From Candidatus Woesearchaeota archaeon (GTDB taxonomy: Archaea; Nanobdellota; Nanobdellia; Pacearchaeales; GW2011-AR1), in assembly GCA_964530955.1 (NCBI GenBank), contig CAZHCL010000009.1:1-36018 (forward strand): 36,018 bases of DNA, read 5' to 3'. The stretch's first letter is position 1. Each line of letters starts with the position of its first letter. Under the pieces are notes generated by a model, which was given only the letters and a program-made list of their open reading frames with translations, was not told where the DNA came from and made no database searches. This document shows, in pieces, positions 16,519 to 24,787 of the stretch. The position numbers were made by a program, and so were the translations under genes.

Positions 16519-16590
16519 AGCGGCAGACGAGAATCGGACTCGCTTCTTCGGCTCCACAAGCCGACATTCTGCCATTAAACTACTGCCGCC
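16519..16590 (-). tRNA. tRNA-His(GTG) copy 2, atypical (T-loop TCCGATT; 3' end ...GC-T-T-CCA)
   Basis: Perfect GCGGCAG/CTGCCGC acceptor, TCGGC-TTGTGGA-GCCGA anticodon arm, encoded G-1; ends about 10 nt before the hisG SD. Confidence 0.82.
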
Positions 16591-16836
16591 TATGATAGAT
16601 AATATTTTAGAAATAATGAAAACAATCAGCACAAAGAGTGCCTTTCGCTCCAAAAATTAAACTATTAGAAATAAAGCTTATGCTAGGAATACTACTTTGC
16701 ACAATGCCGAAAACTCCTTGAGGTTTTCATAGAAACAGGAAATTTCTTTACTATTTATATTTATCTATTCTATCTAGTTTCTCACTATAAAATACAGAAG
16801 AAGAATGTTTATAAATCATAAAAATCCACCAGATAG

Positions 16837-17211
16837 ATGGCTCTCAAAAGTTCGTATAATGCTACAAGAGGTTTGGCTTTGTCATTGCTATCATTAGGTT
16901 TTGTTAGTCAGACTCTCGAGAGTAAAGCTCAGGATGCTTTCTCTATCAATATTTCAAAAGTTGAAAATCCCAGAGCGATGAAAATAGATGTTCCAGTTAC
17001 TCAGATAGGAATGACCTATACCTTGGAACAAAAGACAAACTTAATACCTAATGGTAATGTCGGTCATTATTGGATTCCTGTTGCTTCGCAGTATTCGGCC
17101 AGCACAAATGCTCTTTCTTTCCTTGTCCCATATAATGATAGTCAAAGCTTTTACAGGGTGGGAGCATCAAATACTGTATCAAATATAAATTTAAATAAGC
17201 TAAAACCTTAG
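16837..17211 (+). CDS. Secreted small beta-sandwich-like hypothetical protein
   Basis: Signal-peptide-like N-terminus; TYTLEQKTNL...W...SFYRV pattern. Confidence 0.7.
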   Translation: MALKSSYNATRGLALSLLSLGFVSQTLESKAQDAFSINISKVENPRAMKIDVPVTQIGMTYTLEQKTNLIPNGNVGHYWIPVASQYSASTNALSFLVPYNDSQSFYRVGASNTVSNINLNKLKP

Positions 17212-17218
17212 AGGTAGA

Positions 17219-20200
17219 ATGAGTAAGGTACTTTTCTCACTTAGCATTTTGATTTTTTTATTTTTTATAGCTGGTGCTTATGCTTCTACTCCTGGTGACA
17301 TAAATTCCTGTCAGATTCTTGATTCTCCTGGAGTTTATACTTTAAATCAGGATATTGTTAATTATAGTGGAACTTGTTTTACAATAAGTTCCGATGATGT
17401 TGTTCTTGATGGGCAAGGGCATTCAGTTGGTGGAGTTTGGGATTCTAATAATGCTTATTGGGGAATAAGTGTATCGGATGTAAATAACGCGACAATAAAA
17501 AATATCAATATTATGTCTTTGGGAGATTTTCACCTTCTTGGTGTCTCTGATGGAGGGGGAATATATTTTTCTGCAAGTAATTCATTAATAGACAATGTGA
17601 ATTTAAGTTTCAATTATTATGGTCTTTTTCTTGATTCTGCTCAGAACAATATTGTTTCGAATATTCAGTCAAATTCTAATGCCGCCGATGGAATATATCT
17701 CACACATTCTAGTGATAATTCATTTTCAAATATAAACTCTAATAATAATGGCTACATGGGAATTGAATTAAATGGATTTCCAATTTTATCAGGAAATACT
17801 TTCAATAACGTAAATGCTTCTTCGAATAATCAATATGGTATTTACTTACACTCGCATGCTAGTAGCGACTTTTCTAATATAAACGCAAGTTCAAATGGCG
17901 CGGACGGTATTTCACTTGGGACTTTTTGTTCTGGAACTTTTACAAACATAACCTCTTCTTATAATAATGGTAATGGAATATCTTCCGCAGGTGGAGGAAT
18001 TATTGTAGAATCAGCAACCACAAATTCAAATGGAAATAATGGAATTTCTATAGGTTATGGAGGAATTCATAGTTTATCATCTATAACTGCCAATTCTAAT
18101 GCAAATGCAGGATTATATCTTTCAACCATCCTTTCAGGCTCATTCGAGAATATAACAACATTAAATAATACTGGCAATGGACTTTATTTAATCTCGAGTT
18201 CTGGCAATATATTCAATAACATTGTCTCGGGTTCAAGTGCGGGTGAGGGGATTTATCTTACCGGAAGTTCAAGTAATAGTTTTTCCTCAGTGATTTCATC
18301 TGGTTCTTCTGATGGGATTGTTTTTGCTCTGAACAGTAATTCAAACACTCTAACTAATATAACCTCAATCTCAAACACATTTTCTGGCATCACTTTTTCT
18401 GCAAGTAACTTTAATACCTTAAATAATATCAATGCAAGTCTTAATTCGCAAGACGGAATTGATATAATCAATGGGACATATAATTATTTATTAAATATTA
18501 ATGCTAATTCAAATTCTTTAAACGGATTAAAACTAAGTACATCAAATAATACTCTTCTTTCCCATATAACTCTTAGTTCAAATCAGGGCAATGGATTAGT
18601 TTTATCTATGTCTAGCAACAATAATATTTCTTATTTAAGCTCGATTTTTAATCTCGGAGATGGAATTGATTTTATAGTTTTTAGCTCAAACAATAATTTG
18701 AATTATGTAATCTCATCTAAAAATGTTGGGAGAGGATTATTCTTTTCCTTTGTTTCAGGCACGAATAATACCTTTGATAATACTTTCTCTGCAAACAATG
18801 TTGCCCAAGATTTTTATTCAAATAGTTTGGGTCTTTTCGGAAACAATTATTTTATTGACTCGAGAATTTATAGGTATTTTATCTCATCTGTTAGCACCAG
18901 TAGGTACTATTTTATTAATAGTTCTTTTGGTCAGATAGGATTCTTGATGGGGATAGGCGGTTCAGGCAATACTTTGTTTGCAGATTCTTTGTCACCAGTC
19001 ATCCCAGCATATTCTGATATAAGAATATCAAATGATTCTATCTTTGTAAATATCAGCCAAGTCGGATTTAACAGGGGCGCAAATTTAACGTTATATAATC
19101 TTCCAACAAACATGGTAAATCCTAAAATATATAAGGATAATGTTTTGTGTGCTGCCTGTTATAATTTCACTTCTTTAAATGCTGGAACTGTAATTTTCAA
19201 TGTTAGCTCGGAGGGTAGTGTTTATTCTGTTAATCCTTCTTCTCTTTCTCCATCGGTTTCTTTTGCCGATTCAACAACAGGAGATAATCAAATAGTTCCT
19301 GGAATAATTAGTTATAATATTAGCGCAAATTCAGTAAGCGCTGGTGATGTTTCTTCTATTACGGCATACTTACTAGACTCTTCGAACAATCTTTTACAAG
19401 CAAACACAATATCTTCTTCTCTTAACTCTCATGGAAAGTTTTCAGGCTTGGTAGAGGGTAATTATAGTTTCTATGGCCAGCTGGATTTGAAGAATGGAAC
19501 CAAGCTTTTGACTGAAACAAGAAACATTGCTGTTTCTCTTAGTCTTTCAGTATTATTTGGAGACCCTACTCCTGCAAATAATACTTTAATTAACATGTTT
19601 AATAATAATCTTCAAATTGATGCTTTAACTACTACTTCTCCTTCTAATTTGAGCATATTTTTGCTAAATCAGACTGGGATAATTAAAATGTCTTCATTTG
19701 GATCTGTAACCGAAGCTATAATGAACTTTTCTAATTTATCTGACGGTAATTATAGTTTCTATTCTTTTGCAGTACCATTAAACTCAAGCAATCCAAATAT
19801 GACAAGTGAAGTTAGAAGTTTTGTAGTTGATGCGACTCCCCCAGTATTGTCTAATGTTTCCTTATTTCCTTCATTTGACCAGAACTTTGGAGCAATCGGT
19901 CACAATTTTACATTTGCTTCTTCAAAACCTTCTATTGTGAATCTAGTCTTGAAAGTTTACAATGGGAGTAACAATTTAGTAAATGGATCTCTTATTTTTG
20001 GTCCGATTAATCTAGAAGGTTCAAATTATACTTCTTTAAATCAGGCTTTTTCATTTGGTTCTTCTAATTTTACTTTTGGTATTCCTTCTTATAACTATGA
20101 GGTAGATTTGGTAGCAACTGATAGCTCAGGCAATATTGCAATTTACTCCCTAGGTAACTTTACAAATAATGCTCAGGTAATCTCTTCATCAAATTCAGGT

Positions 20201-20503
20201 GCTGGCTCTGGAGGCGGTTCTTCTGGTGGTTCAAGTTCAGAGAGTAGGACGAATAATGCAAATTCAGGTGCTGGTTCTGCTGGAATTGGAAGTTCTGGCT
20301 CGAATGGCGATTTAAATGTTAATTCAAGGAATCAGACCAATATAACTTCTTCAACAAGTCTAGCTTCTCATATATCCGGAATAATTAATGGAGTTTTTGC
20401 AAAGCCAAGTTCTTTGACTATTGCAGTCCTTATTTTACTTTTGATTATAGTTGCCGCTTTCATCCTAGTTAAGAATCTTATGAATGGTCGAATAGTTAAT
20501 TAA
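17219..20503 (+). CDS. 1,094-aa surface glycoprotein: beta-helix (NosD/PbH1 repeats), Ig-like domains, Gly/Ser linker, C-terminal TM anchor
   Basis: Signal peptide, SCQILDSPGVYTLNQDI start, about 23-aa N..dGI.l repeats, DATPPVLSNV, GS-rich stretch, terminal TM. Confidence 0.9.
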   Translation: MSKVLFSLSILIFLFFIAGAYASTPGDINSCQILDSPGVYTLNQDIVNYSGTCFTISSDDVVLDGQGHSVGGVWDSNNAYWGISVSDVNNATIKNINIMSLGDFHLLGVSDGGGIYFSASNSLIDNVNLSFNYYGLFLDSAQNNIVSNIQSNSNAADGIYLTHSSDNSFSNINSNNNGYMGIELNGFPILSGNTFNNVNASSNNQYGIYLHSHASSDFSNINASSNGADGISLGTFCSGTFTNITSSYNNGNGISSAGGGIIVESATTNSNGNNGISIGYGGIHSLSSITANSNANAGLYLSTILSGSFENITTLNNTGNGLYLISSSGNIFNNIVSGSSAGEGIYLTGSSSNSFSSVISSGSSDGIVFALNSNSNTLTNITSISNTFSGITFSASNFNTLNNINASLNSQDGIDIINGTYNYLLNINANSNSLNGLKLSTSNNTLLSHITLSSNQGNGLVLSMSSNNNISYLSSIFNLGDGIDFIVFSSNNNLNYVISSKNVGRGLFFSFVSGTNNTFDNTFSANNVAQDFYSNSLGLFGNNYFIDSRIYRYFISSVSTSRYYFINSSFGQIGFLMGIGGSGNTLFADSLSPVIPAYSDIRISNDSIFVNISQVGFNRGANLTLYNLPTNMVNPKIYKDNVLCAACYNFTSLNAGTVIFNVSSEGSVYSVNPSSLSPSVSFADSTTGDNQIVPGIISYNISANSVSAGDVSSITAYLLDSSNNLLQANTISSSLNSHGKFSGLVEGNYSFYGQLDLKNGTKLLTETRNIAVSLSLSVLFGDPTPANNTLINMFNNNLQIDALTTTSPSNLSIFLLNQTGIIKMSSFGSVTEAIMNFSNLSDGNYSFYSFAVPLNSSNPNMTSEVRSFVVDATPPVLSNVSLFPSFDQNFGAIGHNFTFASSKPSIVNLVLKVYNGSNNLVNGSLIFGPINLEGSNYTSLNQAFSFGSSNFTFGIPSYNYEVDLVATDSSGNIAIYSLGNFTNNAQVISSSNSGAGSGGGSSGGSSSESRTNNANSGAGSAGIGSSGSNGDLNVNSRNQTNITSSTSLASHISGIINGVFAKPSSLTIAVLILLLIIVAAFILVKNLMNGRIVN

Positions 20504-20505
20504 TA

Positions 20506-21129
20506 ATGAAATTCAGATTTTACGCTTTACAAATTACCATTCTTTGTTTATTGGTTTTTATTGTGCAATTGATTATTCCTAGGCTGACTGATTTATTTAT
20601 ACTTGATTCAAGGGCTTATCATGAAATCTGGAGATTTTTGACTTCTATATTTTTACATGCTAGCGTTGCTCATCTTCTTTACAATGCTTTCGCTTTAGTT
20701 TTATTTGGTTCAATACTTGAATTAATGATTGGCGGAAAAAGGTTTCTTGCAGTTTTTTTTATTTCAGGTATTTTGGCAAATTTGGTTGCAGTTAATTTTT
20801 ACTCAAGTTCTTTAGGGGCTTCTGGAGCAATATATGGTGTTTTAGGGGCATTAATACTTATAAGACCGTTTCTTTTTGTGTGGGCTTTTGGACTACCTAT
20901 GCCTATGATTGTTGCTGGAGCTTTATGGGTTACTGGAGATATAATCGGAATTTTTGCTCCGAGCGGTGTTGCAAATATAGCTCATCTGGCAGGTATTTTT
21001 ATTGGTTTGATACTTGGAGCTTTTTTTAGACCATATTATAAGAAATTGTTTGGGGAAGGAGATAAATCGAGACCTTTTATTTTAGATGAGGATAGGGTGA
21101 GGGCTTGGGAAGATTATTATCTTAGGTAG
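20506..21129 (+). CDS. Rhomboid intramembrane serine protease
   Basis: WRFLTSIFLH, HLLYN, GASG (catalytic Ser), AHLAG (catalytic His). Confidence 0.95.
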   Translation: MKFRFYALQITILCLLVFIVQLIIPRLTDLFILDSRAYHEIWRFLTSIFLHASVAHLLYNAFALVLFGSILELMIGGKRFLAVFFISGILANLVAVNFYSSSLGASGAIYGVLGALILIRPFLFVWAFGLPMPMIVAGALWVTGDIIGIFAPSGVANIAHLAGIFIGLILGAFFRPYYKKLFGEGDKSRPFILDEDRVRAWEDYYLR

Positions 21130-21877
21130 TTTGAAAAGGTTTCTTCTTTTTTTCACTGAATAAGATATCTATTCCAGATGATTCTTGATTTGAAGAAGAG
21201 CTTTGTTCTTCCATTTCTTCTTTAGGTTCTTCAGATGACGGTTTTACTGGCAATATCTCATTTTTAAGAAGTTGGCTTATGCTTGGACTTTCTTCCTTAG
21301 ATGAATTTACCTCATTCTCCGTTTTAATATTATCGTCTGAGGAGATGACAGTTATCGGTTCAAGTTCTTCCTGTTTATCTTTTTTTTGCCAAATAGCTTC
21401 TTTTATACTGGAGAAAAAACCTTTTTTCTCTTCTTGAGGTTTTATTTCCCTAGGTTCTATTTTTTCAGGTAATTTAATCTCTTCTTTATTACTTTCAGTT
21501 TGTTGCTGGATTTTTGGTTCTGTCCTAATAGCTTCTTTCTTCTGCTTAATTTCTTCAACGGGCTTAATAGTTTTTTTAATTTTAATAAAATTAGTTATTT
21601 TTGACCAGAAACTTTCTTTTTTAACTTCAAGAATCTTGTGTGCTTTTGGTTTGCTCTTCCTCGATTGACCTTTTCTTATTTTTTTTCTTTTTTTAACTGG
21701 AAGTTCAGCTTCTTGACTAGAAGGATTCCTTGTGAATCCTCTTTCTTGGAGCTTTTTGATGAGTTCTTCATCTATGAACTGTTTCTCTTCATCAGTTTTT
21801 TTGGCATTTTTCTTTTTACTTTTCTTAGGAGAATTATTTTTTCTCTTCTTTAATTTACTCATCTCTTTTTCAAACAT
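21122..21877 (-). CDS. Lys/Glu-rich low-complexity hypothetical protein
   Basis: 251-codon ORF with AAGGTTTATA promoter motif at 21901-21910; repeated FW/FF-S-x-I-K amphipathic motifs. Confidence 0.65.
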   Translation of the reverse strand: MFEKEMSKLKKRKNNSPKKSKKKNAKKTDEEKQFIDEELIKKLQERGFTRNPSSQEAELPVKKRKKIRKGQSRKSKPKAHKILEVKKESFWSKITNFIKIKKTIKPVEEIKQKKEAIRTEPKIQQQTESNKEEIKLPEKIEPREIKPQEEKKGFFSSIKEAIWQKKDKQEELEPITVISSDDNIKTENEVNSSKEESPSISQLLKNEILPVKPSSEEPKEEMEEQSSSSNQESSGIDILFSEKKKKPFQTT

Positions 21878-21922
21878 CTTATTATGTGTTGGATATTGTA
21901 TATAAACCTTATTTTGGATTAG

Positions 21923-21995
21923 TGCTCCTGCCGGGATTTGAACCCGGGTTCTGGCCGCGAAAGGGCCATGTCCTTGACCTCTAGACTACAGGAGC
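21923..21995 (-). tRNA. tRNA-Glu(TTC), intronless
   Basis: GCTCCTG/CAGGAGC acceptor, TGGCC-CTTTCGC-GGCCA arm; promoter motif at 22021-22030. Confidence 0.95.
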
Positions 21996-22123
21996 TTGGA
22001 TAGAGAAACTGAAAATCACTTTTAAACCTTGCTATTTCTGTGACAATTGATTAGTAATGATTTGGAAAAATCTGCTAAAAATCAAAAGCAAAAGGAATAA
22101 AAAGGCAAATTCTTCCTATTATC

Positions 22124-23083
22124 ATGCAGGTTAATGATTTAATCTTCAAGGAGTTGATTAAAAGAGGCTATTCACTTGAAGGTAAAACAAGAGTCTGGAA
22201 TATAGCTGATTCTAAGTTGTGGTATCTGACTCCGGATCAGTCTCAAGGCTATCTTGATTTAGATGCGGATAATACCTATAAAAAGAATACTGGGCAACTT
22301 CTGGCTGAAAATCTTATGAGAGATAATATAAGTGTTATCATTTCTGCTATAGGTAATACTCCTTCAAATATTGTAGATCTTGGCTGTGGGGATGGCAAGA
22401 AAGCTGCCGAGTTATTCCGTGAATTAAAAGAAAAAGCTCCGAATTTAAAAATTAGGTATTGTCCTATTGATATCAGTGGATATATGGTTGAGAAAGCAAT
22501 AGATACTTTCTCTCATCTTGATGTTGATGAAATAATAGAATTTCAGTATAATATTTCTGACTTTGAGAATCTTGAAAATGTTACTCCATTGCTTAGAAAA
22601 GGCAAGTACAAAAAGAATATTATTCTGCTTTTAGGAAACACACTTGGCAATTTTGAAGTTAATGATTTATTGTATGCCATAAGGAGTAGCATGAAAAAAG
22701 GAGATGTATTCATAGTTGATACTGCCGTTGATGACCACAAACAGGAGGAGCGTGCTGAGGCGTATAGGAAGAATAAAAGAGTTAATGATTGGTTAATTCA
22801 CATACCTACGCAGTTGGGGCTATCTAAGGATGATGTTGAATTTGGAGTCAGATTTAGAAACAGTAGAATTGAGGCCTTTTACGTTATTAAGAATGATAAA
22901 AAGGTCACTTTTCAAGACAAGACTGTTTACTTTAATAAGGGTGATCAGATAATAACTGTAGTGGCATATAAACACGATAAAGATGATTTGAAGACTTTTC
23001 TTAATTTGCATTTTGATTCAGTTTCTGTAAAGATTTCAAAAGATAATTCTAAAGCTATTGCTATATGTGAAAAGAAATCTTAA
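22124..23083 (+). CDS. EgtD-like (histidine N-alpha-methyltransferase family) SAM-dependent methyltransferase
   Basis: VDLGCGDGKK, YCPIDIS and LLGNTLGNFE motifs characteristic of the EgtD/Methyltransf_33 family. Confidence 0.8.
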   Translation: MQVNDLIFKELIKRGYSLEGKTRVWNIADSKLWYLTPDQSQGYLDLDADNTYKKNTGQLLAENLMRDNISVIISAIGNTPSNIVDLGCGDGKKAAELFRELKEKAPNLKIRYCPIDISGYMVEKAIDTFSHLDVDEIIEFQYNISDFENLENVTPLLRKGKYKKNIILLLGNTLGNFEVNDLLYAIRSSMKKGDVFIVDTAVDDHKQEERAEAYRKNKRVNDWLIHIPTQLGLSKDDVEFGVRFRNSRIEAFYVIKNDKKVTFQDKTVYFNKGDQIITVVAYKHDKDDLKTFLNLHFDSVSVKISKDNSKAIAICEKKS

Positions 23084-23123
23084 GCTTCATAAGTCTTATA
23101 TAATCAGTTACTGATGTTTTTCT

Positions 23124-23816
23124 ATGGAAATAAAGGATAAGGTGATAATAGTTACTGGTGCTTCTCAGGGAATAGGGCTTGCAGTTGCCAAACATCTGTC
23201 ATCTTTAGGAGCTAAGGTTGTTTTGGCAGCGCGTTCTACAGATAAGATAAAACAACTTGAAAAAGAGCTTCCTAATTCTCTTTCTATGACTACTGATATG
23301 AGAAACGTAGAAGATATTAAGAATTTGATAAAAAAGACTATAAGTAAATATGGACGAGTTGATATTTTGATAAATAACGCTGGGCAGGGTATGCTTGGAA
23401 GTGTTGAAGAGATGGACATTGAAAAATATAAAAGTATTATGGAACTGAATGTTTATGGTGTTATCAGGGCAATGCAAGAAGCCATTCCATACATGAAAAA
23501 ACAGGGCAGGGGTATGATTGTGAATATAAGTTCAGGAGTCACTAAAATGTATATATCAAATCTTTCTGCCTACTCATCGACAAAATATGCTTTAAATGCA
23601 ATATCTCTTATTGCGAGACAGGAACTTCAAAAGAATAATATTATTGTAAGCTTAGTACACCCGAATATGACCGAGACTAATTTCATGAAGAATGCAATAG
23701 GAAGCAATACTAATTGGGCTTCTGGCAGACAGCTTCCTAAAATAGATTCTGCTGAAAAAGTTGCTGAAAAAGTTGTAGAGATAATTAAGTCTGAAGAAGC
23801 GGAGTTGAGAGTTTAG
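23124..23816 (+). CDS. Short-chain dehydrogenase/reductase
   Basis: TGASQGIG, NNAG, NISS, YSSTK. Confidence 0.94.
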   Translation: MEIKDKVIIVTGASQGIGLAVAKHLSSLGAKVVLAARSTDKIKQLEKELPNSLSMTTDMRNVEDIKNLIKKTISKYGRVDILINNAGQGMLGSVEEMDIEKYKSIMELNVYGVIRAMQEAIPYMKKQGRGMIVNISSGVTKMYISNLSAYSSTKYALNAISLIARQELQKNNIIVSLVHPNMTETNFMKNAIGSNTNWASGRQLPKIDSAEKVAEKVVEIIKSEEAELRV

Positions 23817-23844
23817 TCTTAAGAAAATTAAGAGCCTCTTTTGA

Positions 23845-24564
23845 TTATTTTGAAGCAACCAGAACTGCCTGCATATGCTTTCTCCAGACTATATTTGGGT
23901 TATTGAACCCAATGCTTAACATATTTTCTATAGACTTTCCTTCAGTCATTATCACTCCTTCTTTTTCATCCTCTACTATATGCATAATCCACTTGTAACA
24001 ATGATCGTACCTTTTCATTTTAGAGTAGATTTTGAGAAGCTGCCTAACAGACCAGTAGAATTCTTTATATCTTTTGTTTAGGTCATCTAGGGCGTAATTG
24101 TCTCCGTTGATGAAAACTCCTTTGTTTTTAAGTACGCGGAGAATCTCTTTTAGGACATTATTTCTATATTCATCGTTGAAATTATGAATAGTCCAACCTG
24201 AGACTATGGCATCAAATTTGGTATCTTCAGACGATTTCAGAAAAGAGAGAGCATCTGAATTAACAAATTCTACCCTATTTTTGTATTTTTTTAAGCCCTG
24301 CATTGCTTGGCTAATCATTTTTTCTTCATTATCAATACAAATGAGTTTTATTTTTGGGTTTGCTTCTAATAGTCTAATTGAAGTAGGTCCAGGGCCGCAT
24401 CCAATTTCAAGCACGAGCCATTCTTTTTTATCACATTTTTGAGCAAGTTCATTTGCAATTTTTTCTTGAAAAGCATTAAAGTGAGGGTATACTGATTCAA
24501 AAAGAGAGTATTCTTCGCCAAGTTCTTCAGAAAATCTTTTTTTAAGCGCAAAGTCGTTGTTCAT
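23845..24564 (-). CDS. Class I SAM-dependent methyltransferase
   Basis: LEIGCGPG, IDNEEKMI, FDAIVSGWTIHNF, LKNKGVFI. Confidence 0.9.
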   Translation of the reverse strand: MNNDFALKKRFSEELGEEYSLFESVYPHFNAFQEKIANELAQKCDKKEWLVLEIGCGPGPTSIRLLEANPKIKLICIDNEEKMISQAMQGLKKYKNRVEFVNSDALSFLKSSEDTKFDAIVSGWTIHNFNDEYRNNVLKEILRVLKNKGVFINGDNYALDDLNKRYKEFYWSVRQLLKIYSKMKRYDHCYKWIMHIVEDEKEGVIMTEGKSIENMLSIGFNNPNIVWRKHMQAVLVASK

Positions 24565-24628
24565 ACATTTAGGAATTTCGCTTTTTATTTAAATCTGATG
24601 GTTTATTAGGTCTTTATTGAATGAATAA

Positions 24629-24755
24629 TGATCCCGCGGAGATTTGAACTCCGGACCCCTGCCTTTCCTAGCTTTCAAGAAAGCCTTGAAAATAAACTTC
24701 TAGCGAAGCTTACTCCTATAAGAGCAGTGCTCTGAACCAGCTGAGCTACGGGATC
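24629..24755 (-). tRNA. tRNA-Ile(TAT) with a 52-nt intron at 37/38 (intron 24665..24716)
   Basis: GATCCCG/CGGGATC acceptor, A73, loop CT-TAT-A^A, BHB central helix CUUA/UAGG. Confidence 0.9.
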
Positions 24756-24787
24756 GAAGATAGAAGGAAATGATGCATATTTAAAGT

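Noticed and set aside
16497-16559. N-terminal extension (MWSRRSESDS...) of the listed 15621..16559 ORF
   Set aside because: It is a read-through of the tRNA-His gene; the GGAGGT SD supports ATG 16496.
16672-16710. Possible his leader peptide MKTSRSFRHCAK upstream of tRNA-His 2
   Set aside because: It has a single His codon, no attenuator-like terminator, and the tRNA lies between it and hisG.
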